NCBI RefSeq assembly: GCF_035285525.1
Contig: NZ_JAYKGW010000090.1
Location: forward strand, 30,001 to 62,000
DNA length: 32,000 nt
Direction of reading: 5' to 3'
Origin: Okeania sp.
Lineage (GTDB): Bacteria; Cyanobacteriota; Cyanobacteriia; Cyanobacteriales; Microcoleaceae
This document shows, in pieces, positions 9,611 to 18,348 of the stretch. The first letter of the stretch is position 1; the number at the start of each line of letters is the position of its first letter. The position numbers and the translations under genes are program-made. The notes beneath the pieces are model-generated. The model had not been told where the DNA came from, made no database searches, and was given only the letters and a program-made list of their open reading frames with translations.

Positions 9611-10840
9611 TCACAAAGAAGTTTCTACAATACTCAATAATTCGTTAATTTCTGTAATTGATGTTATCGCTGTATCTGCGATCGCACTATGAACATTAGC
9701 AGTAGGATGTACATTGTCAAAAAATAAAAAATTATCAACGTTATCCAGACCAGAATTTAAGAAATTATCTATGACATTCGTTAACTCAAAATCACCAGGA
9801 TTAGCAATTGCGTTATCAAATAAAGTTCCAATATCAAGATTAATAATATTAATATTTGGGTCTTGTTCCAATATTTGAGAAGTTGCTGCTAAGACACTAT
9901 TATGACCTTCAGTTAATAAAGTTAATCCCTGTTGTTGTTCTGGAGTAAGAGTTTGCGAAAATGGAGCTGCTCCTGAGTCTGGTAAATTCGGTAAAAGAAA
10001 ATTTCTGGATCCAATGCTGGCAAGTTTATTTACTGCTATTGATAGATTATCAACAGTTGACTGTGTATCTATTCCGCCAGTCAAATAATCACCTGCTCCT
10101 GCCCAGATAACATATAAAGCATTTGGATCGGTGGCTGGAGTTTCTGCAATAAATTCATCAATCTGTGTTTGTAAACCTAGCAATAGTGGAGGTGTACCGT
10201 CTGGTAGTGAATTGTTGAGAAAGTTGTCAACTCCTGTAGTTGCGCCACCAAATGCAAAATTAAGGTTAGGGTTAGCTTCTAATTCTAACTGAGATGCAAG
10301 AGTTTCTATCCATAGGGGACCATTACTAAAACGCCCCTTAAAATAGGGAGGACTTTCGGGCAACAAACCCCCAGTAGTTGCAAAAGCATTCCCTGTATCA
10401 GACAAACTATCGCCAAATACATAAATATCGCTAAATAACAAACGTGGCAATCGACCTTCAAATTGACCACTTTTGAGAAAGTGTTCTGTGGCAGTAAGTG
10501 TGCTATTCTCTATTGCTTCGGCGATATCTGGATAGCGGTCTAGGTAAAAACTGGTGTTAATTAAAGCACTAGGGTCTCGTTGTTCAAGCTGACCAAAATT
10601 TATAAAATGTTCCGTTGGAGTGAGAATATTTTGTTCTACAACAGTTGCAATGTCTGGGTTAGTAGCGAGATAAAAGTCAGTATTGAAAATCGCGCTGGGG
10701 TCACGATCTTCAAATTGACCAACTTCAATGAAATGGGAAAAAGCATCACCGATCGTACCATTGGCAACTCCTGCGGCTACTTCTGGATTGTTTTCGAGAT
10801 AGAATTGTTCGTCAAATAGTTCGTTTATTGTTAATGCCAT
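9611..10840 (-). CDS. SGNH/GDSL-family lipase/esterase with a triple N-terminal repeat
   Basis: 409-aa ORF. Block I is VFGDSLSDTGN and block V is FFDNVHPT. The N-terminal 130 aa consist of three repeats of about 45 aa with the pattern FYL..NPD.A......L...EHF...GQ.E.R.P. Confidence 0.85.
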   Translation of the reverse strand: MALTINELFDEQFYLENNPEVAAGVANGTIGDAFSHFIEVGQFEDRDPSAIFNTDFYLATNPDIATVVEQNILTPTEHFINFGQLEQRDPSALINTSFYLDRYPDIAEAIENSTLTATEHFLKSGQFEGRLPRLLFSDIYVFGDSLSDTGNAFATTGGLLPESPPYFKGRFSNGPLWIETLASQLELEANPNLNFAFGGATTGVDNFLNNSLPDGTPPLLLGLQTQIDEFIAETPATDPNALYVIWAGAGDYLTGGIDTQSTVDNLSIAVNKLASIGSRNFLLPNLPDSGAAPFSQTLTPEQQQGLTLLTEGHNSVLAATSQILEQDPNINIINLDIGTLFDNAIANPGDFELTNVIDNFLNSGLDNVDNFLFFDNVHPTANVHSAIADTAITSITEINELLSIVETSL

Positions 10841-11124
10841 AGTTTATTAAGTCAAAATTCATGCATTCAAAATTCAAAAGTAAGATTTTTCTAGCTTACA
10901 TTAATCAGGATTTAGACAACGACACTAATTATAGTAGCTATATTGGGAATTATGACCAAATGATAAGCTATATATAGCAGTAGTGTTTAACTTCTGTTAA
11001 TAACAGGTCGTCCTGCATAGTGATGTTATACAATAAAAAAGAATACTTGGCAAGGAAGTAAGGAATATTTAGTACGGGAGCAAGATGCTAGGATATTCAC
11101 AAAAATAATGATGATGCACCACCA

Positions 11125-12528
11125 TTAGAATGCAGCAGCTAATAATAACACAATTTCTGCTAATTTTTGGGCTGCACCTGGTTGACCTCGCAAACTGCGG
11201 AGGCGATCGCTCATTTCTGCCAATTTTTCTGGATGACTCAAAAAGTCTAACACCAATTCTGCTACCATTTCTGGTTGAAGTTTTCCCATCAACTCCGGTA
11301 CTATTTCATCTTTTGCCCAAATATTCGGCCAAGCAAATAGTTGTCCTTTGCGCACCACAAACCAATTAATGATGGTGGCAAAAGCAGCACCGACTCCTGG
11401 TAAATTTGCCAGTAATCCTGGTAAACCATCCCATGCTCTCATAATATCTAATTGTTGAGTGGGCAATAAAACTATCATTGGTACTGCTAAGGAACCAAGT
11501 TCAGCGGTGTTAGCACCAACAGTAGTCAGGCAAATGCGACATTGAGAAAGTAAATCATAAGCAGGAGTGCGGGCGATCAATTCTATTTCTACTCCTTCCG
11601 TTGTCACCAGTTTTGCATTTTGAATTTTCCCACTCTCTGTTTCCTGGGAAGGCATTAATAATTTTGCTCCCACACCACCCATTTTGGCAACTGCTGGATT
11701 TTTTTGCGGATCGGCAAAATTGGCTAAAGTAGGTAAGTCAAGGGTGGGAGCAACAGGAATTATAAATTTAGTTTGCGGACGAATTTTGTGGATGTGTTCA
11801 GCGATCGCTAAAGTTAAAGGTACACCTAAAGACAACTTGGTAGGTTTCGATCCAGGCAATAACCCAATTAACTCTAGACCACCCTCATCTTTTGAACCGC
11901 TCAAAAAATTACTTCCAACTTCCAACTCCTGACTTTCCCCCCTGGGATGGGTTAGGGGTGGGTTGAATTTTGACTCCTGTAGGGACGTTGCATGCAACGT
12001 CCCTACAAATTCTGACTTCCCCTCCTGGGAGGGGTTAGGGGTGGGTTGATTTCTGACTTCATTCATTAGGTCTCCCACTACAGTAAATTTATCAGCATAT
12101 TTTGGAGACACTTGAGCAACGACTTCCTGCTTCATCACCCCAAATTTATCTATCCAGCGCCACCATCTAGCATCCCACTCAGCATAAACAACAGTGCGAT
12201 AACCCAAACGTTTTCCTACCACCACCGTAAAAAATTGGTCGCCTCCTAAAAATAAAACTACCCCTTGAGGATACCAATGCCAATTTTCTGCCGTCTGACC
12301 CCAGAGCAAAAACCGCCAAAAATATTCAGGAGGTTGTACCCGATCTACTTCTGGATAGGAACCAGCGATCGCTACTTCTTTTCCAGTAGCATGAGGACAA
12401 GGGGAAAGAATAACAGAAATTCTGATATCTATATTTGTCTGTTGTCGCAACTGTTGGACAACAGGTCTTACCCAGGTAATTAATTCTCCCGGACCATTGG
12501 AGAGGATAACAATATCAACTTTTTCCAT
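11125..12528 (-). CDS. Lipid-A-disaccharide synthase-related protein (LpxB-like, cyanobacterial type) with an internal repeat-derived insert
   Basis: 467-aa ORF. The N-terminus IVILSNGPGELITWVRPV and the C-terminal glycosyltransferase-B-like region resemble the LpxB-related family. A central segment of about 44 aa is encoded by a dispersed repeat element. Confidence 0.7.
   Translation of the reverse strand: MEKVDIVILSNGPGELITWVRPVVQQLRQQTNIDIRISVILSPCPHATGKEVAIAGSYPEVDRVQPPEYFWRFLLWGQTAENWHWYPQGVVLFLGGDQFFTVVVGKRLGYRTVVYAEWDARWWRWIDKFGVMKQEVVAQVSPKYADKFTVVGDLMNEVRNQPTPNPSQEGKSEFVGTLHATSLQESKFNPPLTHPRGESQELEVGSNFLSGSKDEGGLELIGLLPGSKPTKLSLGVPLTLAIAEHIHKIRPQTKFIIPVAPTLDLPTLANFADPQKNPAVAKMGGVGAKLLMPSQETESGKIQNAKLVTTEGVEIELIARTPAYDLLSQCRICLTTVGANTAELGSLAVPMIVLLPTQQLDIMRAWDGLPGLLANLPGVGAAFATIINWFVVRKGQLFAWPNIWAKDEIVPELMGKLQPEMVAELVLDFLSHPEKLAEMSDRLRSLRGQPGAAQKLAEIVLLLAAAF
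11929..12060. repeat. 132-bp composite repeat element lying in frame inside the LpxB-related CDS
   Basis: Two direct units of about 49 bp, CTGACTT(T)CCCC..CTGGGA.GGGTTAGGGGTGGGTTGA.TT.TGACT, lie at 11929..11977 and 12012..12060. They flank the palindrome GTAGGGACGTTGCATGCAACGTCCCTAC (11979..12006). Confidence 0.75.
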
Positions 12529-12555
12529 ATCTAATAATATACTTACTAAATGAAA

Positions 12556-12680
12556 CTATAGCAATCCTAAATAGGTTGTAAGATTTTATCGTAGGGGTTT
12601 GGTATCCCAACCCAAGCACCGAGGGATTTGGTATCCCAACCCCTACAGTTTTTTCTCACAAATCATTTCATGTTGCTATA
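12556..12680 (+). repeat. MITE-like dispersed repeat, CACAAATCATT family, copy B (full length)
   Basis: Terminal TATAGCAA / TTGCTATA inverted ends. The internal hairpin GTAGGGGTTTGGTATCCCAACCC...GGTATCCCAACCCCTAC is followed by TTTTTTCTCACAAATCATTTCA. It sits in the divergent promoter region between the LpxB-like and ankyrin genes. Confidence 0.65.
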
Positions 12681-12699
12681 AATTATAGGAGAAAATTAA

Positions 12700-13185
12700 A
12701 TGACAGAATTAATAGATGCTGCTAAAATTGGAGATATTTCTCAAGTTGAAACCTTGTTGAGTGGGGGTGCGGATGTCAATGCTAAAGACTCCGAGGGTTC
12801 AACTGCTTTAATTGCTGCTGCCGAAACTGGCCATGTAGAAATGGTGAAAAAATTATTAACTGCTGGTTCAGATGTCAACAGTAATGATAATGATGGTTGG
12901 TTTCCTTTGATGGGTGCTGCTGCTAGTGGCAACCTAGAAATTTTGCAATTGTTGTTAGATGCTGGAGCTGATGTTAATGCTGCTACTAATTTTGGATTGA
13001 CTGCTTTGATGATCGCTGCTGGTAGTGGTCATATTAATGTGGTGCAAACTTTATTAGACAAAGGAGCAAACATTAAAGCTAAAGATAACAATAAATGGAC
13101 GGCTTTAATTTGGGCAAGTTCGGAAGATCATCAGGATGTAGTGGAGTTGCTCAATAAGGTGCGCGATAGAACTCTGTTTCACTGA
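12700..13185 (+). CDS. Ankyrin-repeat protein (about four repeats)
   Basis: 161-aa ORF with a reiterated G.TALI.AA..GH...V..LL..GADVNA consensus. Confidence 0.9.
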   Translation: MTELIDAAKIGDISQVETLLSGGADVNAKDSEGSTALIAAAETGHVEMVKKLLTAGSDVNSNDNDGWFPLMGAAASGNLEILQLLLDAGADVNAATNFGLTALMIAAGSGHINVVQTLLDKGANIKAKDNNKWTALIWASSEDHQDVVELLNKVRDRTLFH

Positions 13186-13294
13186 TACCTACCATACACT
13201 TTGCTGTAAGCATTTCCTGTGTAATGCTTACACTTGGCTATATTTAGGGTTGGCTAATTAAATATCAAACCTTTTACCGAATAATTAATAATCA

Positions 13295-13354
13295 ACAGGA
13301 CTTACACAAAGGTACTATATATAGACAGGACTTACACAAAGACAATATATATAG
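13295..13354 (+). repeat. 30-bp tandem repeat x2 (ACAGGACTTACACAAAG-N4-ATATATATAG)
   Basis: Read directly. It is part of a larger reiterated region, 13295..13490, that has a second repeat level with a period of about 90 bp. Confidence 0.7.
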
Positions 13355-13860
13355 CACATGCCAAATATAGCGATAACTATAATTTTTGAAGCGATCGCCT
13401 AAACAACTAAAATATGATAACTTATACCAAGACACTATATATAGTTACTGGTAAACCGAGCGATAGGTATAATTTTTAGAGAGCGATACGGCTAACGCCA
13501 CGCTCCGCGAACGCCAAGCATTTCTTTATTAATAAAAACTTAAAATAGCCGTCATTTTAATTGCAGGATATTTGAGTTCAGATACTAGATATTTAGATAA
13601 TAATTGATGTTTGAACTGAAGTATTGCTCAAGTGTAGCACTAATGCATGGGAATTGGTATAAGTCCTGTGAAAAATACTCCCCTACTCCCCTACTTCCTC
13701 GCTCCCGATCCTAGATACGGTTAGGGGTTCTATATCTATGGTCTATGGGTAAGTCCTACTTGAAAACTCTAAATTTTTCCTCACCAAACTAGGAGAAATG
13801 TAGAAAAATTAACATCTACAACCATGACGTTTTATGCAACCTCCCTACTGTTAATTTTTT

Positions 13861-16653
13861 TTATGTATACCGTATTGCCTGATATATTCGTAATACTTTA
13901 ATTAACTCTTGAATCTGGATAGGTTTACTTAAATAATCATTCATTCCAGCATCAAAACATAACTGTTTATCAGTTTCCATAGCATTAGCAGTTACTGCAA
14001 TAATATAAGGTATTTCTGTAGGCAAAAATTGTTGACAAATTTTCTTTGTTGCCTCCAAACCATCCATTTCTGGCATTTGCATATCCATCAGAATAATATC
14101 ATATTTCCGAAGTTTCAAAGCTTCTAAAACTTCTAAACCATTAGCAGCAACATCTGCCAAATAACCTAATCTTTTTAAAATATTTATGGCAACTTTTTGG
14201 TTAACTCTATTATCTTCTGCCAATAAAATTTGTAAAGGTAGTTCCTCAGCTAATTGAGGAATTTCTGTGTTTTTATCTTTGGATGTTTTTGTGGTTAACT
14301 TAATGGGTTGTTTCTGAAAAATAGCTAATAATACTTGATAGAGTTGAGATGATTTGATTGGCTTTTGTAATGTTGCTGCAAAATTTATTTGTGCTAGTAA
14401 ATCCGATGTTAATGGCAGACCACTTGAGCTAAGTAATATTAATGGTAAATCTTGACATTTTCTAAGTTTACGAATTTCTCCTGCTAACTGCAACCCATCT
14501 ATTTCTGGCATTTGTAAATCTAAAATAGCTAGAGAAAATGGGTTTTCTTGTTGTAGTAATTGTAAAGCTTCGGAACCCGATCCGACTGAGTGAGGTTCAA
14601 CTCCCCAAGACTGAGTTTGGAGATGCAAAATTTTGCGGTTAGTGGCATTATCATCAACAATTAAAATTTGCTTATCGTCAAATTTAGCCTCTCCTGGAAT
14701 TAAATTAATATTAGTAGGAATAACTCCAACTTTGGCTTTTATTGTAAAATAAAATGTTGAACCTTTTCCTAACTCGCTGTCTAGCCATATTTTTCCTCCC
14801 ATCATTTCACTGAGGCGTTTACTAATAACTAAGCCTAAACCTGTACCTCCATATTTACGAGTTGTCGAAGCATCTACTTGAGTAAAAGACTGGAATAAAA
14901 TTTGTTGTTTATCTTTAGCAATACCAATACCTGTATCTCTAACAGAAAATTCTATTTGATAAACTAAATCGCATTTTTCGCTATTTTTTAATTGGTTATT
15001 TTTTTGTGAAATATCTTCAGCATTAACTTGCAAAATTACTTCACCAACATCAGTAAATTTAATTGCATTGTTTAAAAGATTGGTCAAAATTTGTCTCAGT
15101 CTAGTAACATCTGTAATGATACATTTCGGTGTAACTGGACTTATATAATAAGCAACTTCTAAGCCTTTTTTCTGAGCTACAGGATATAATAAATCTAAGA
15201 CTTCTTCTATACAACTACTAATCAATACTGGTTGGTATTCTAGCTCTAGTTTCCCAGAATCTATTTTGCTAAAATCCAAGATATCATTAATAATTGTTAG
15301 TAAAGAATCACCACTTGTTCTGATGGTTTCCACAAAATCTTTTTGTCGCTCAGATAGTTCAGTATTTAACAATAAACTTGTCATACCAATTACCCCATTC
15401 ATAGGAGTCCGAATTTCATGGCTCATAGTTGCGATAAAATCACTTTTTGCCCTGGTAGCTGCTAAAGCATCATCTCGTGCTTTTTCTAATTCTTGATTAG
15501 TTTTAAATAATTCTTGAGTGCGTTCTGCCACTAATTTTTTGATTTTTTTAGTCTGGTTAATATTCGTATTTAGATAACTACTAATACCTGCTGTTAAGCA
15601 TAACCCTAATGATAAAAATAACCAACCATCCCAGCTTTCTTTATTTTTGATATATTTCTGATTTGGAATTAATAAAAACAACCATTCTCTCTCACCTACT
15701 TTAACTGTTTTGATAAAGTTTCTACCTAAATCATTAGTAGCTAGTTTTAATTTGGCTAAAGCATCTACTTCCGTAATATTATTTGAGTAATTATCCCCTT
15801 TCTTAGATGAGGAAAAATAGAGAAATTTTTCTGATTCTGTACTAGCTGAAGTATCGTAAATATAAATATCAAATTGCTCCCCTTCAGTAGAAAAATTATC
15901 TAAATAATTTTCAAATAAATTTTCAATACTAAATACTCCTACAACAAACCCTTGTAAATTTTGGCGGAAATCGGCAATTGAATTATTAATTGATTGTTTT
16001 TGATATATAGGTTGAAAAATCAAGAAACCATTTGTATTTTCTGTTTTTTCTACTAATTTAATTTTAGCAGTAGCGATCGCTTCCCCAGTATCGCGAGCTT
16101 TTTCTAAAGCTGCTAGACGATTAGAATTAGAAGACAAATCAAATCCTAAAGCTTTTTCATTACCTTGATATGGTTCGACAAAATATACTGGAAAATACTC
16201 AGCTTTGAGGTTAGCTCGGACTATTTTTCCGGCTTCGTTATGCTGGGTAAATTGAAAATTAGAATAACCATCTTTTTGTGCCATTAATTCATATTTTTCT
16301 CTTTCACCAGCAGTAACATAAGGAATCCATTCTAGAGCTTGAATACTTGGCATCCGAGCTAAAAAAGATGAAACAAATTGTTTAAATTCTTCTCGATTTA
16401 CTTCTTGTGAACTTTCATAGAAACTTTTAAGTGATAATAATACATTTATTTCTTCTCTGATTTTATCTTCGATATAATCTACTTTATCTAATGCTAAAGA
16501 TTGAAATTCTATGGAAATTTTTTTTGATTCCCAATTTCTAACTACAGTAAACCCAATACCAGATAATAAAATGCCAATAATTATAGTTAACCATACTGGT
16601 AAATATTGTCTGAATAAATTATTTTTAGCTTGTTCATATTTGTTGGTATTCAT
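13861..16653 (-). CDS. Hybrid sensor histidine kinase: TM-CHASE-TM, HisKA, HATPase_c and two receiver domains
   Basis: 930-aa ORF. H-box SHEIRTPMNG, N-box LLNNAIKFT, G-boxes DTGIGI and GGTGLGL. Two REC domains have DLQMPEIDG and MDMQMPEMDG. The periplasmic region between two hydrophobic segments resembles CHASE. Confidence 0.9.
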   Translation of the reverse strand: MNTNKYEQAKNNLFRQYLPVWLTIIIGILLSGIGFTVVRNWESKKISIEFQSLALDKVDYIEDKIREEINVLLSLKSFYESSQEVNREEFKQFVSSFLARMPSIQALEWIPYVTAGEREKYELMAQKDGYSNFQFTQHNEAGKIVRANLKAEYFPVYFVEPYQGNEKALGFDLSSNSNRLAALEKARDTGEAIATAKIKLVEKTENTNGFLIFQPIYQKQSINNSIADFRQNLQGFVVGVFSIENLFENYLDNFSTEGEQFDIYIYDTSASTESEKFLYFSSSKKGDNYSNNITEVDALAKLKLATNDLGRNFIKTVKVGEREWLFLLIPNQKYIKNKESWDGWLFLSLGLCLTAGISSYLNTNINQTKKIKKLVAERTQELFKTNQELEKARDDALAATRAKSDFIATMSHEIRTPMNGVIGMTSLLLNTELSERQKDFVETIRTSGDSLLTIINDILDFSKIDSGKLELEYQPVLISSCIEEVLDLLYPVAQKKGLEVAYYISPVTPKCIITDVTRLRQILTNLLNNAIKFTDVGEVILQVNAEDISQKNNQLKNSEKCDLVYQIEFSVRDTGIGIAKDKQQILFQSFTQVDASTTRKYGGTGLGLVISKRLSEMMGGKIWLDSELGKGSTFYFTIKAKVGVIPTNINLIPGEAKFDDKQILIVDDNATNRKILHLQTQSWGVEPHSVGSGSEALQLLQQENPFSLAILDLQMPEIDGLQLAGEIRKLRKCQDLPLILLSSSGLPLTSDLLAQINFAATLQKPIKSSQLYQVLLAIFQKQPIKLTTKTSKDKNTEIPQLAEELPLQILLAEDNRVNQKVAINILKRLGYLADVAANGLEVLEALKLRKYDIILMDMQMPEMDGLEATKKICQQFLPTEIPYIIAVTANAMETDKQLCFDAGMNDYLSKPIQIQELIKVLRIYQAIRYT

Positions 16654-16824
16654 TGGAGCAAAATATATACATTAAGAAATAGCGATTATTATTATAGCGC
16701 TTTTCATTAACATAGAATACAAAAATGTAAACCACTGTCATTTCAGTTATAAGTTATCAGTACCTCAATGGAATAGGGAGGCTTGAAATACTGAATCAAT
16801 TTTTTTCATCCCCTTGAAAAAGGA

Positions 16825-17166
16825 ATGGGAAGATTATTATCCATTATTTTATCAATTATGAATTTCCAAGGAGGAATAGTTTTAATTGATGAAATTGAAA
16901 ATGGCATACATTATTCAGTGATGGAAAAAGTTTGGCAGTCTATTGATGTAGCAACTATAAAACTTAATACTCAACTTTTTGCGACTACTCATAGTTATGA
17001 ATGTATTGGTGCAGCTCATCAAGCATTTTATAACTCCAACTCTGAATCATATAATTTTTGTTATTTAAGATTAGAGAGAGAAAAAGAAACTAATTCTATC
17101 AAGAGTTTAGTTTATGACAAAGATAATATTGAAACTTCTTTAGAACTTAATTGGGAGATGCGCTAA
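16825..17166 (+). pseudogene. 3' fragment of an AAA/ABC-type ATPase gene (AAA_21-like)
   Basis: Only 113 codons remain. They include the Walker B block VLIDEIENGIH and the downstream ATTHS motif. Only about 170 nt separate the fragment from the kinase gene start, so the Walker A half is absent. Confidence 0.6.
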
Positions 17167-17750
17167 ATGATTCAGAATCAAAAAACTGAAAATATTAAAA
17201 AATCGAAGCTTATTCTTGGTGAAGGAAAAGATGAATAATCTTTCTTTTCTGCACTAATTCAACATTTAGAAATTGATGATATTCAAGTTCTTAGTTATGG
17301 AGGAAAAACCAAGCTTAACGAGGGTTTAAAAACTTTGCATTTAGTCCAGGGTTTTCGGATTTGCGCTCTTTATTAATTACTAGAGATGCTGATGAATTAT
17401 TCAATAATGCTTCTCAAAGTATTGATGGTTTTATTAAACTAATAAAAGATCGTAAAAATTTAACAATCAAAACATATATCTTTGCAGACAATAAGTCTGC
17501 AGGAATGTTATACTACCTTTGTTTAAAAGCAATTGATAGTTATGAAATGAGTTGTATTGAAGATTTTTTTCAGTGCATTAATAAAAATACAAATAGAGAA
17601 CCAAATGAATTTTCTAAAGCTAAAATTTACGCTTGGTTATCTACTCAAACAAAACCAGATAAACGTTTAGATGAAGTTGCTAAAGCAGGATATATTGACT
17701 GTAATAACGAAAAATTTAACGAATTAATAAATTTTATAAAAAGCCTTTGA
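17167..17750 (+). pseudogene. DUF3226-like (Toprim-like) partner gene, disrupted by an in-frame TAA and a frameshift
   Basis: The ATG at 17167 directly follows the ATPase stop (TAAATG). It encodes MIQNQKTENIKKSKLILGEGKDE, then a TAA at 17236..17238. The same frame continues as SFFSALIQHLEIDDIQVLSYGGKTKL..., and a frame change near 17345..17360 leads into ORF 17361..17750 (RSLLITRDADE...). The family call comes from motif memory only. Confidence 0.5.
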
Positions 17751-18072
17751 ATCGAATTATTAATTACCATTCAAATATTCAGAATATGCTGCACTCCCTT
17801 AAGCACCTAAACAGAATTATTTACACAGTTAAGATTCCACCTTATAAAAGATTATCGTAGAAATCCTAAATAAGTCAGAATCAGGATTCATCTCAATATT
17901 GCAAAAAGACTTTTTTCTTCCATACATATTCCCTGTTCCCTAAAAATACTCACCAACTATTTATCAATTTCTTATATAAGTCTCATATTTTTCACAGAAT
18001 AAATTAATATTGATTCTCCATACTTTATACATAAGCGAAAATTAAATTTAATTAACTGGAAGGAACAACATT

Positions 18073-18348
18073 ATGAAAAACATCAACAAAAAGTTAGCTT
18101 TAGCTACTGCAATGACTGGTGTATTAGCTGTTGGTATTGCTACTCTAGGTAATAATCAAGAAGCTCTTGCTGAAAAAGAAGGTATGGAGAAATGTGCTGG
18201 TATTGTTAAAGCAGGTCAAAATGATTGTGGTGCTAATGGTCATAGTTGTGCAGGTCTAGCTAAGAATGATTCAGATCCTAACGAATGGATTTACGTTCCT
18301 GAAGGTACTTGTCAGAAAATTGTTGGTGCAAAAATTGTTAATAAATAG
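18073..18348 (+). CDS. bufA: DUF2282-family secreted Cys-containing peptide (bufferin BufA1-type RiPP precursor)
   Basis: 91 aa with a Sec signal peptide ending QEALA-EKEG. The core [23 protein letters not shown]...[11 protein letters not shown] has four Cys spaced C-x10-C-x6-C-x20-C, matching the DUF2282 pattern. It lies directly upstream of DUF692 and DUF2063 genes. Confidence 0.8.
   Translation: MKNINKKLALATAMTGVLAVGIATLGNNQEALAEKEGMEKCAGIVKAGQNDCGANGHSCAGLAKNDSDPNEWIYVPEGTCQKIVGAKIVNK

Noticed and set aside
10580-15496. Antisense ORFs 10580..10819, 11130..11369, 11684..11932, 12265..12483, 12741..12932 and 15266..15496
   Set aside because: Each lies inside a longer, motif-supported CDS on the opposite strand. 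None has recognisable motifs or ribosome-binding sites.
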